Assembly: GCA_013239625.1 (NCBI GenBank)
Contig: MU053645.1
Coordinates: 248,001-312,000, forward strand
From: Lama guanicoe
Taxonomy: Eukaryota
Length of the DNA stretch: 64,000 bases
Direction of reading: 5' to 3'
The notes under the pieces were generated by a model. The model was not told where the DNA came from. It was given only the letters and a program-made list of their open reading frames with translations, and ran no database searches. Made by a program: the position numbers and the translations under genes. Positions 53,225 through 64,000 of the stretch are shown here, piece by piece (the stretch's first letter is position 1; every line of letters starts with the position of its first letter).

Positions 53225-54282
53225 CAGGAATAAAAAATGTGTATAGAGCCATGCAGATTGTAAATGTGCCATAAAGAAGAGAAACTTCTATGTATAATTT
53301 ATAGGTATCTATGCACAAGGTGGAAACTCTGACCTAGATCACACAAATGTTAACTAGTCATTCTGTCTTGAATGCAGTTGAGGTAACATAAACAATATAT
53401 TTGTGTTTGTATCACATCACTGTCTATAGCTTATTTGTTCTGTTCACAGGTAAGGTCAAATGGTTTGAAAAAACTTTTATCATGAATATTGGCATTCTCT
53501 CTGTTCCCTGTACTCACCAAGGTTCTTTCTGCTTTTAGGAGCCATCCACAATGCTATTTCTAATACTCAACTTCTGTACCATAGGCATCTTTGTGCAAAT
53601 TTTAAAGGTCTCCCCGACCCAACCTGGGTAGCTTAATTTTAAAAAGAAGCCCCTTCAAGGCAGATGCAGCCCTAAAGGTACAAGGGTTGGCAAGCAGAGG
53701 GCACCTTTGCCTGAACTAGAAATAAGCTACTTCTGCTGGACCATTCCAGGACACCTCCACACAACCCATATTTAGGGTGCCTGTGGTCAGTATACAGTAA
53801 GGATCAGCCTAGGGACAGCAATCTGTTTTTCAAGGGACATGCCTGAGGAAGAGGAAGCCTGCGTTTGTACAGAACTTTATACAAGACTGAGAAAATGTCT
53901 ACTCACCATATTAGAGACTGGAGGAAGGGTTCCTGATCAAGGTTACAGGGCCATTAAAACACCTCTCATCTCCAACTCACGCCTTAACATTGCCCCTGCT
54001 CTACCGAAAATGCATCAACATCATCCTCCACAACCATATCGTTGCTTGGTGATCTCATATCTGTGCTTCTGGTGTCAGTTTACCAGTTATTTCCCCTGAG
54101 AGGCTGCCCTTTCAATTTAAACTAAAGCCTAAGCACCCCTCCTTCCATGCTTTTATGTCACTAGGAATTTTCTTACATAAAATATACTACAACTGCAATT
54201 ATACAGTTGTTCATGTGTTTACTGATATATTTGCCTCCCCAACACCCCCTACACATACACACATTTAATCATTTACACATTT

Positions 54283-54395
54283 CTAGACCATAAACTCTGG
54301 AAGAGCAGGGACTGTGTTTTGTTCACCACTTTATGTCCAGAGACTCAGCGCCTGGCATATACTTTGTACTTAATAAAAAATCATTAAATAAATAC
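54283..54395 (+). mobile_element. L2 3' end (probably extends upstream to about 54000)
   Basis: CTAGACCATAAACTCTGGAAGAGCAGGGACTGTGTTTTGTTCACCAC...GCGCCTGGCATATA. Confidence 0.8.
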
Positions 54396-54847
54396 AGAGA
54401 TTTTCTTGTTAGATTATTTGGGAAACTGTCACATACATGTGCACATTCATGTACAGAGTAATGATAAAGAATGCTATGGAAACTTTCTGTAATATTCCGT
54501 TTAAAAGCTGAATGTGAGTAATTAGAATGGTACAGACATAAAATATAAAACAAGTGATATTTTTATCTGGGTACATCTTATTTTAATTAGTTCTCTTTTT
54601 TCTTGATGATTTTATTAATTTTATGCTAATAATGTTTAGATCTTACATTTGGTTGGTTGGTTCATTAGAGCTGTCCAATCCACCCTTTTTGTAATAATTC
54701 TCATAGCTGTCACTGAGCTATCTTAATTTGATTCATCTCTTAAAGTGAAATGTGTTTTGGCATTATATTATTTGCAGTGTAGGGTTTTGACTTACAATCA
54801 TTGTTATTAGAAAAGGAAGAATAAATACATAATGTAACTCCACTTAC

Positions 54848-54913
54848 CAAATAGATTCTGCCATAAGTGCCAAGGCCAATGGTTTTATCCAGTGAGAATA
54901 TTCCAGTTGGATC
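54848..54913 (-). CDS. NRK: NRK exon 2 (66 nt, [22 protein letters not shown]; glycine-rich loop GLGTYG)
   Basis: Acceptor TTTTTGTAG|GAT, donor TTG|GTAAGT; GxGxxG kinase motif. Confidence 0.97.
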
Positions 54914-56044
54914 CTACAAAAATGTCAAATAAAAATTGTCAATCTTCTTGGAAAAATAACCAAGCATTAAACTATTTAGAATGATACTTCCAATCTGCCT
55001 TATTCCCTAATAATTTCCACGAGAAGAACTTGTGTCATTTACCAAAAGAATAGACTTGTTACAATCTCCCTGGACTAAGTGTAGCCATTTATAAAAAAAA
55101 GGAACAATTGTGTGAATTTTCAGAAGTAGTATAATTAATTATCACAAAACTGTAAAATGCATACAATTATGTCTAGCTGAGGCATATTCATAATGTAATT
55201 GAAAAGACTATAAAAACAGAAAAAAGTTCATTTACTTGCATGCAAATGAAATATTCTTTTGATATTCATCTTTTGAGTGATAACCAGACAGGAAGAAAAT
55301 TTACCATACAGCAATGGTAATATTGAGTAGATACAGGATACAAAGTCTAGATTATTTATTTATATAATAGTAATTCTTAAGAAAGAATATTTCCTCTAAA
55401 TCTGAATAACAAAACAAGATCGTAGCTTTAAAAGAGCATTTTTTTAAACTAGACTGAGTTAGTTTTGTTAGTTTTGAAGTTAACCCTTACATCAACTGAA
55501 TACATTTTCATGGCACAAATTCACTGATGGCATTTTCTGTGTCTTAGCCTAAATGTGGCATCATAAGAGGCAAAATAGAACTTGTTTATTGACAGATTCC
55601 TAAGGCTTCCATATTCATCCCTAAACATTGTTTCCTTACCTTAAAATATGGATATTCATTTCTTGTTCACCACAAAACATGGTTTCTTGAATTTTATTAC
55701 TACTTAAACTTTTATTCTAGCAGCTTATTTTACTATTTTAGTAAAACTATTTATAGAGATATGAGTGATGCCAGTTTATACATAAAGTAGTAGGAGTGTT
55801 CGCAAATTCTTGGAAATTCACTTGCCTTATAGAAAGCACATTTTATATACACAAACTTTGTTTAACCTTGTTTGAAAATATTTTTATCACTGTGACAAAT
55901 GTGAGTTAAACAGAAAAACTATTGAGTATATGCAATGTGTATGACTGAAATTATAGACTCCTTTAAACTGGAGTGATATTTGCATAATCTAGCAAAACTG
56001 TCATAGGAAAATGACACAGATCTGGGATTACTTCAGTCAACAAG

Positions 56045-56210
56045 TATCCATCTGGACGGAGTCAGGAGACTGAAGTTTTAGCCCCAGTTCTGCCATTAAT
56101 TAACCATATGACTTTGTGTAAGTTATTTACTCTCTCTGGGACTCTTTAATACAGTTTTCACATGTATTAAAAAGGTGCTGTGTTAGATGATTTCCTAGCT
56201 CTAAAATTCT
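56045..56210 (+). mobile_element. MIR/MIR3 SINE fragment
   Basis: GGAGTCAGGAGACTG...CCCCAGTTCTGCCATTAATTAACCATATGACTTTGTGTAAGTTATTTAC. Confidence 0.75.
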
Positions 56211-58165
56211 TGAGGAAAAAAATCAGATTCCAACATTCTAAAATCCAGATGTTTCCACTGCATTGATATGACCATTGTTAGCAGTCTACTTTCTTAAAAT
56301 TATCATTAAAATCAGTATCAAATATGCACAGTATCATTATAAGCAAATAGTTCAGGGGACATGACCCCAACAAAAACACAGAAGTTTTTTAAAATGATAA
56401 TTTTGTGGATTCAAGAAAAGTAAAAACAGATTATTACAGTGGCCTTGATAATAAGCATAGCATCGTTGTTATAACTCTGAAAAATTTATGAGAAAACGTT
56501 AGCTAACAAAGGAGTTACTAAGGTTTGGCTTGAAGACTTTATCAATTTAGCATATTTCTTCAAAGACAATGATTGAGGGATTTATATTAGACATTACTAA
56601 TTCTGGAGAAACAGCCTCTGGTTGTCTGCCAAAAGAATAAAAACTGTTAACTGATTCTTGTTGGTAAACCATTCTTTGTTATAGTTAAGGCTGCATTTTA
56701 GCTTTAAAAAGATACCACATACCAAAGAACAACTTTATTTCTGAATCTTTGAGCACAGTCTTTAATTTCTTTATTCCTTTTTCTAGCCCTCAATAACATA
56801 AGTGCCTTACTCATATTTGAACTAAAGTATCTACTTAAAGAAGACACTAAGGAAATGGATGGGACAATAAAACGCTTGTGGAATTTTTGGAGGCCTTATT
56901 TTATCTCATTCACGCTGTTTGGAAAATTTTTCCTGCTCACAACTGACCAAAACATCTTAACTCTCCTCATTCTCACATTTAAGAGAAGAAGGCTTTAAAA
57001 ACTTTTCTTCTGTTCTTTACGGCAGCTCAATTTAGAATTCATCTATTCCAAGAGTATTTTTTCCATTAATTTTATACAATATTTTTTGTTGCCCTCTCCA
57101 CACTAATCTCTCTCAAGACTAAATGATTGTCAAACTGGGCAAAAAGCGGAGGGGAACTATGCTAATTACTAGGGTAATATTACTTAATTTCTTATATCAG
57201 ATTTTCCACTGAATTGTAGTCAGAGAAAGTTTATTCTGGGCTACCAAGGAAGGAAGCACTGAGAAGTCAAGTGTTGTTTTTTTTTTTTGGTCACTGTGAA
57301 ATTAAAAGATCCTCATCAGAGAGCCTATGATTACTTGGTCCTCTCCTCTGCCCTGCTACTCCAAGATAAGAAAACCAGAAGAGGAAAGATCTTTATATTT
57401 ATCACAGCTATCTCAATTTAGAGAATATTTGGTGGTTCAGTATGCTTCGGTGTTCCAGTTGGTTTAAAAAAGGTCAGTAAACAAGAAATCTCAATTTGTT
57501 TCTCAAAGGAAATGACTAAAACTGTAAGTATGAAAACATTTTTTGAACCATAGAATAGTGGACAAATACTCTATACTTCGATCTATTTTCCTATGTATCT
57601 AAATTAACTCCTTCAATTTAATTTACTCTAGTTGCATCCTGAAATCTAGAATTTTGGGGAATTGTTTCTGTCTTCTGAATTCAAGAAGAAGGGGGAAAAT
57701 AAGCACTTTGATGGATAATTTTATAAAGGGCAGGGGTTGGGGGTAACAGGAAGAAAAAGAACCACTAGGAGGCAGTGTTTGCTGGTCATGGAAGAGACTC
57801 AAAGGCAGAGGCTGATCTACAGAACTAAATACAGTGGAAATTAAGAACAAAAGAGAACCGATAAACAGCCAACATGGGTAGCAATAAATTTCAGACTTAG
57901 AGCAGTAAAAGAGGACCACGGAACATGGAACACATTCCAGTAGGCAGACAGCTAAAGGGAGGAAAGAGATTGCACAGTACCTAGAAGAAGTAGAAGAGGC
58001 TATCATTCCTTTGTTTTAAATACTAGAAAAAGAGTTTATGGAAAGAGAATCTGAATATAGCAGAAATAACGCAGTAAGTGTCAGAGTGATTTTTAGAGAT
58101 CGTTGGAGGAATGCGCTTCACAATTCAAGTGGAAAATTTAGAAAGAAAAATCTCTTCCTCTACAC

Positions 58166-58352
58166 CAGTGTTTCTCAAACTGTGGACTTCACGGACTCTC
58201 CCTATATGAGAATCATTTGGGGAATCTTGTTTAAAACACAGATTCCTTATTCCAACCACAGAATTATGAAATCAGAATTTTGACATATGGGCCCCAAGAT
58301 CCAAGATGATTCTTGTGCACCATTCTAGTGCACTAACATAAAGCCCACTACT
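58166..58352. mobile_element. MER5-family (MER5B-like) DNA transposon
   Basis: CAGTGTTTCTCAAACTG...AGAATCATTTGGGGAATCTTGTTTAAAACACAGATTCC...AATCAGAAT. Confidence 0.7.
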
Positions 58353-61300
58353 CTAGAAACTGGGGTGGGGGAAAGACTGATAAAACAGATTGAAGTACAA
58401 TGTCATGCTGAGGTGATGCTCTAGAATACCTAATAGAGGATATACTGAATATTTTAATCCTTGTAGTGATTCAAAACAGGATGCTAAGGGACTTAAGAAA
58501 GTGGGAAAGTTCTCATGACTGAGCATGGAAAGCAGGCTTGGTCTAGGTGGTGGAAGACTGGAAAAGCTGGTAGTTATATTTAAATATAAGCCTAATGTAA
58601 TTCAAATATAGTTTTTGGATCATGTGCTATTTCAGATCACCTCTACCACTACTGTCCTCCAGGCTTGTCTAATCCTGACCCCAATATAGATTAGGACTAC
58701 ACATGGCAGTGTCAGATACCAAGGCCACAGCCATGAGGAATGTTATTACCATACTGGGCACAGAAGGCAAAGGGGACTACCATGAAAGACATGCCAGATT
58801 TGGAGATGAAGAGTTTCCAGTCCCAAGGTTTGAGTGACATACACATACTAGGTAAAAAACTTAATATCTGTATCAATCTATATCTGTAGATGGAGATATA
58901 TATCCCCCTATATATATATGGAGAGAGAGAGAGAGAAAGGTTTTGAAATTCTTTTTTCAAAAAGGAAGCGCAAACCACAAATCTCTGTACTTTCTTTTCT
59001 GTCTTGTCACCTATAGGAAATATTTACTCAACAGTAATTCAGGAAAAATGGAAAAATGAGAGTAACCTATTAATCAACAACAACAAAAATAACGTAGCTG
59101 ACTGGCCTGTTAGTCTCTGGTTATTGTGTTCGCGCTCTTATTTATGTCTTTAACTTTAGGGAATTATTGAAAAAAATATACAATTCCCTTCCCCTTCTCC
59201 TGCTTCCTCACTTTCATTCTTGCTTACTATTTTAGGTTAAAGTATCTAATAACAAAAATGCCAAATAACCTTCTACCACTTTCTTTAAATTACAACTTGC
59301 ACAGCAAGCCTGACCTCTCTCAGCGGTCCTTGTCTTATGGTCATTCAGCTGGCCAGCCCTAGAAAGGATATATCAATCTTAAACTATATCCATATTTAAT
59401 TATTCTATACTCTGCAAGATTCTTTTTTGCTCAGTGTGAAACTCCAAAGTCTGAACCACCTCCCCTCCTCAACTATTATCTGGCTGTTGCCAAATTGGTA
59501 TACTTGGTGTTGACAGATGCTAACTTTCTGACCTTCTTATATATCCTTTTGAGGATAATCATTGCAAAGGATCTCACTGCATGCAGGTTTCTTTGCTTGT
59601 TTTATCATCTGCACTTTGCATCAACATGCAAACTTCCAAACAGCTAACTTAGATGTCTCTTGGCCTCTTCATTTACTCTTATTTCTGCAGCAACTTAGGA
59701 AATAAGTCAAATGCAAACAAATCCAAAATCACTAATATGTGACTCAGTGACCAAAGCAACAGTGAACTTTTCACATCTCTAAAATTTTGATGTGAAAAAG
59801 TTCTTAAGGGGGTGCTCTTCTTCCACTAGATTTCTTAGGGTTAAGACCCAGATGTTTGGGGAGAGAGAATTTTGCATAATTTGCTCACATGGCTGAGACC
59901 TCCATAATGATACAAAATAGCTCCTGTATTCCTGTATAATCGATATTTAGAAATTATTAGGAATTGAGGACTTTATGAGACTTTCATTAATTCTGTTAAG
60001 TAAAGCCAAACATCAGTGCCCAGAGGTTTTGTGTCTTCTCTCTACTCCTATGTTAAAAACTAACCTCATCTTTCTCCCCTCTATACTCCTACCAACACCC
60101 AGAAAACTAATATTTCACTGAACTGCAATGTAAAGTTTGCAGCCTTTCTCCTTATCTCCTCGGCTCTCACCAAGTTCTTATGTCCCAGGGCCATGACCGG
60201 GTCAGTTAGTCTGGGCCATTTCCCCCCATTTTTTTGTGGCAATCAAACCTTTTCTCCTTTTTCTCTTTGGGTTTGGAATTCCCTGCTTTATCATTTCTAA
60301 GAGGTCTTTTCCATTCCCCTCTTTAGTCGATTTTAGAAAAGAGTTTATTTCAGTTTGCCTATGTTTAGTTTCCATGTTTGCTCTAGTTTGCTTTTTTCTC
60401 TTTTTCCTACCATACACAGAAAATGCTAGAGGAGGGTAACATTTTAGTCTTTGGTTTTACACTTCTAATTGGGAGCAAATCTAGTTGGAATATGAAAGTT
60501 CTGTTCAGAAAGGAAACCACCAGTTGAAGCCTCCATATTCCAGAGATCTCATGTATGCACCTAGTGCATGCAGAGTGGAAAAATATTTAACTTTAAAAAT
60601 TTTTGTGACTTTAGTTTATGAAGCTACATCAAGAACCACAATGCTGACACTTATAATTTAACATGTATATATTGAGGCTCCTTTAAATAAATGGCTGAGA
60701 ACAATTTGCTAAAATGTTACCCATGGGCATCACCTCCTCCTCCACACTCTTTCAGTGTAAAACTATCTAGGTGAGGCTTGGGGAATGCCCCATTTTTTGA
60801 GAGGGACAGGCGTCTGCCATCATCAAGAAGACAATATTTAAATGCAAAAATGTATAAAATTAAGGCACTGTGACTTTGAATAGTCCTATAACCTCAAGGT
60901 TAATATTTAGCTTTTCCCAAAGCAAGCAGGCCATTGCCCTGAACTCCAGTTGCCTGGCGATCATTCCAGCATGGTGCATGCTTATTCCCTTTCAGAGAGT
61001 CCAGGGGCCCTTTGCATTCAAGAGAGGGTGCGAGTGAAATGCCAATCTAAAAAGGGAACTTGAAAAACGGATTTGGGTGGGATCCAATATCTGCCAGAAA
61101 CGAGATGCCAATGAAATAAACGGCGCTGCTAAAATAATGTCTACTAATAACGACAGTGATAACAGCTCACCAATCAATTACAACTCTGGAGGAAAGCTGG
61201 GCATTTGGGAAAAGGGGAATCCACAAACGAAAACCACGAGAAAACGCTAAATCTGGTTAGCAAGTGAGCGCTACTATTTTTTTTTTTAATTTGGGGTGTG

Positions 61301-61903
61301 CAGAATTCACTGTATCCCCAAGCAAAGTGGCGTTCTTTCGTTCCCGCAACACTAAATCCGCACCAGCGCCCTGGCGGAATAAGGTTTTAGAAAGTGCTAT
61401 TAGAAAGTGAGGTGCCAATGCTTAAATTTTCTAGCCCGCTGTCACCTAGAAGTAAAGGTCACGCTGCGAGTGGGCATCTCGTCTTGTCAAAGAAGCAGCA
61501 AACGACGGAGCGGCAGGGTGACAGGGAAGGGTACTTTCAGGAAGCCACGCGTCGTCGCGCTCTTTGGCTTCTCCTTGAGCCCCGCTAGGACACCTACCCG
61601 AGCGCCGCCAGACCAAACCGGCCACGTTTAGCAAATGTCCCGCTGTCTGTGGCCCACCCCACCCCACTGGCACCTCGCCCCCTACCCCTCTTCCCCCCAG
61701 CGCTTTGCCTTTCCCTGAGTTTGGCGGGACCCGGGTGCCCAGGGGGCGCCTCTCCCTCAAGCCAGTTCCCGGGGGTTCCCTCCTGCACTCGCGGTCTCCT
61801 CGAAGTCCTGGCCTAATCAGGCTTGCGGACGTCTGTCCCCACCCCTGATGCTCAGAACCCTCAGACGAGAGCACTTCGGGGGCGACGGGCGTCCTCTACT
61901 CAC

Positions 61904-61960
61904 CGGCAAGTGGCCCAGATCCGTGACCTCCTTGTCTCTCCAACCTCCAGGTCCCGCCAT
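61904..61960 (-). CDS. NRK: NRK coding exon 1 (57 nt, [19 protein letters not shown])
   Basis: ATG at 61960-61958 in strong Kozak context GAAGCCATGG; donor CCG|GTGAGT; lies inside the CpG island. Confidence 0.96.
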
Positions 61961-62283
61961 GGCTTCGAGCCGAACGGGAGCGGGCGACTAAGGCACGCTC
62001 AGGAGTCTGAGGTGGAAGCGGTCAGAAGTTGGAGGAGAGAGGAAGGGAAAGGGCAGGGGAAAGGAAAGGGGGACCGGGGTTTGCAGCGTGAGAGACAGAG
62101 GAGGAGGAGGGGTGGAGGCAAAAGAGCGAGGAGTGGAGGGAAGCCGGAGTTTGAGAGGCGGGAAAGCAAAGTTTGGCTAAGGCGAGAGAAGAGTCTGAGC
62201 GTCCGTCCCGGAGACCAAGGAGCAAGAGGGGTGCTCCGCGGGCGAGAGCGCAGCGTCTGCCCCGGCAGGGTGCGCCTCTTTCA

Positions 62284-62480
62284 GGGTGGGGAGGGGGGCG
62301 GTGCAAGGAGCGGGGGCCCGGGAGCAGCTCGAAGGGGATTGGTGCAGCGTCACGTCGCCAGGTGGGCAGCCGCGCGGCGGGGAGGCGGGCTAGGGGGCCA
62401 CTGGCTGAGGGAGGTGCTGAAGGACTATAACGGTTTGCGAGCCGGCCCCCGGCGGCCTCCCCCCGCCTGCCCGCCCCCTC
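62284..62480 (-). promoter_or_regulatory. Putative NRK core promoter elements: GC boxes, CCAAT box, CRE half-site
   Basis: ATTGG at 62338-62342 (CCAAT on minus); GGGAGGGGGGCGG near 62288-62301; CGTCA near 62348-62352; CCCGCCCC runs near 62460-62480. TSS position is inferred, not seen. Confidence 0.5.
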
Positions 62481-64000
62481 CCACGTCCACCGCCGCCAAG
62501 GCGAGTGTTCCACAGGAAACTTTTTCGAGGCAGCTGCCAGCCCCGGAAAACCGGTCCCGCTCCGCGCCGCTCCCAGTCTGGGCCCCACAGCTCTGCCAGA
62601 GTCCAAACAGCCCGCGCCCTCATCTCCCCACGAAACACTTGTGACTTTTCTAGTTGTCTCTTTTCTCTTTCAGCTCCTCGAATTTTATTGCTCCATTGAT
62701 TGCGAAGACCCATCAAGTTAGATCAGGAAATAACTTGCCACTGGCTCAGGGATCAGACCTAAGCGAGCCCCTGTGCGGGCGGGCGGGCGGGGCGGGGAGA
62801 GGACACCAAGTGCGCCGCAGGGCTACCACAGCTCGGACTTCGAAGCCACCAGCCCAGGGCAGCGCAACGTGGACAGGGCTGCTGCGAAGTCCCCTCGAGG
62901 CGGGCCGCATTTCTTCTGGCCCCGGGCTAGTTGGTACCAGGCCCGGGCCGTTCAGTCGGAACCGCACCTGTTCACAGGTGCCGTGAGTTAAGAGAGACTG
63001 GGTCTCTGAAGCCCTGGCTGCCCCGGATGCAAAGTTTGCTGTTCGCCCCTTTCGCAAAGTACAGGGAAAGTTCCTGCGTCGTTCCCAGCCTCCAGCTCTC
63101 AGGCCGGGTTTCATTCATTCGCTCACTCGTTGCACAGCGTTTCGGGGCACCCAGGCTGTTCGCCTCCGTTTCCCCACAAAGCGCAAGAGATCTGATACAC
63201 GGTTTATAAGAATCTGACAAACGCGATTTAACCTTGGGAAGTAAGGCGCCTTTTGAAGAGTTTATGGGAAAGGGAGTCGGTGTGTAAAACCAACCGTATT
63301 CTAAGCTCTTGCACTGCAAAGAACACTTTAGAAAATATCCCAAAGCTGCTTACTTTCCCTGGAGCTCGTCGACTGCGTTCGCACACCAGCACTCTAGGTC
63401 GGAGCGCGACGTGGGGGGTTTGTTTCCTGTTTCTCTCTTTTTTTGATTAAAAATTTCTACCCCCTCTAGGAGGATTTACAGGAATAATTCTTCCTACAGG
63501 CCTGGAGCTCACCATTTCTGACCCGCGCTTCTAATTTTTGTAATTAGTCTGTCTATATATTGGTGGATTTTGTTTATTTCGTGTCTGTTTCAACTTCCGA
63601 GTTTGACCTCTTTACATTCCTTAACCTCAGAGCCTCACTGAGTTCTGTAATGGCCACAGTCTGTCTGAGGAACCTGGTCTCGCTAAATAAAGAAAATTCT
63701 CTCTGAACTGGTGCCGGGAAAACCAACTACCACGACCACCCCTCTCAAGACACTCGGGTGTTCTGGATCGAATTTTCATGTTAATTCGAATACGCTGTAA
63801 ATCAAACAAATTATATTTTCTAAGAATTCAAATCTTGACAACTCCACCGCACAAAATCTTGCCCTTTTAAAAACAGTTTAAGAATTTCTGGATGATCAGT
63901 AAAGCTCTTTAAGATCTTGCTAAATATTAATCTGAAAAAAATTTAATAACTTAGAGCTGACTAGGTGAGCTGGTTAATAGTAAGTTACACTTTTTAAAAT

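Larger units (their letters stand above)
1653..61960 (-). other. NRK: NRK gene, 5' portion (coding exons 1-5, aa 1-126; continues beyond the left window edge)
   Basis: Five minus-strand exons splice in frame to [126 protein letters not shown]. This is nearly identical to the human NRK N-terminus as I recall it. All junctions are GT-AG, phase 0. Confidence 0.97.
61360..63420. promoter_or_regulatory. CpG island / NRK promoter and 5' UTR
   Basis: Abrupt rise in GC and CpG density against an AT-rich, CpG-depleted background; spans exon 1. Boundaries judged by eye. Confidence 0.9.

Noticed and set aside
60992..61177. 61-aa minus-strand ORF in intron 1 as an alternative exon
   Set aside because: Non-ATG start, no convincing flanking splice-site pair and no similarity to a protein I recognise.
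61823..62644. 273-aa plus-strand ORF and other overlapping ORFs in the CpG island
   Set aside because: Non-ATG start, R/G/P low-complexity product and antisense to NRK exon 1; long ORFs are expected in GC-rich, stop-poor DNA.

Overview
Mammalian genomic DNA, AT-rich and repeat-laden, with a CpG island near the right end. The window holds the 5' part of NRK (Nik-related kinase, MAP4K4/TNIK/MINK1 subfamily; X-linked in human) on the minus strand. It includes the CpG-island promoter (about 61.4-63.4 kb) and coding exons 1-5 (57, 66, 57, 72 and 126 nt; aa 1-126; all introns GT-AG and phase 0), with a 46.7-kb intron 2. The gene continues off the left edge. Introns carry old eutherian repeats (MIR, L2, L1M, MLT1, MER5, MER53) and younger cetartiodactyl-type L1 3' ends. 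I recognised no ruminant, pig, whale, carnivore or primate SINEs, which suggests a camelid (inference). Almost all entries in the ORF track are spurious or L1-derived. I found no convincing undescribed biological system. The best second-look items are the NRK-specific 72-nt exon inserted in the kinase N-lobe, a 103-bp twin-primed L1 insertion with a perfect 16-bp TSD, an ORF2-less compact L1-derived element, and a bias of L1s toward the gene's sense strand. Repeat names and boundaries come from recalled consensus sequences and are approximate.
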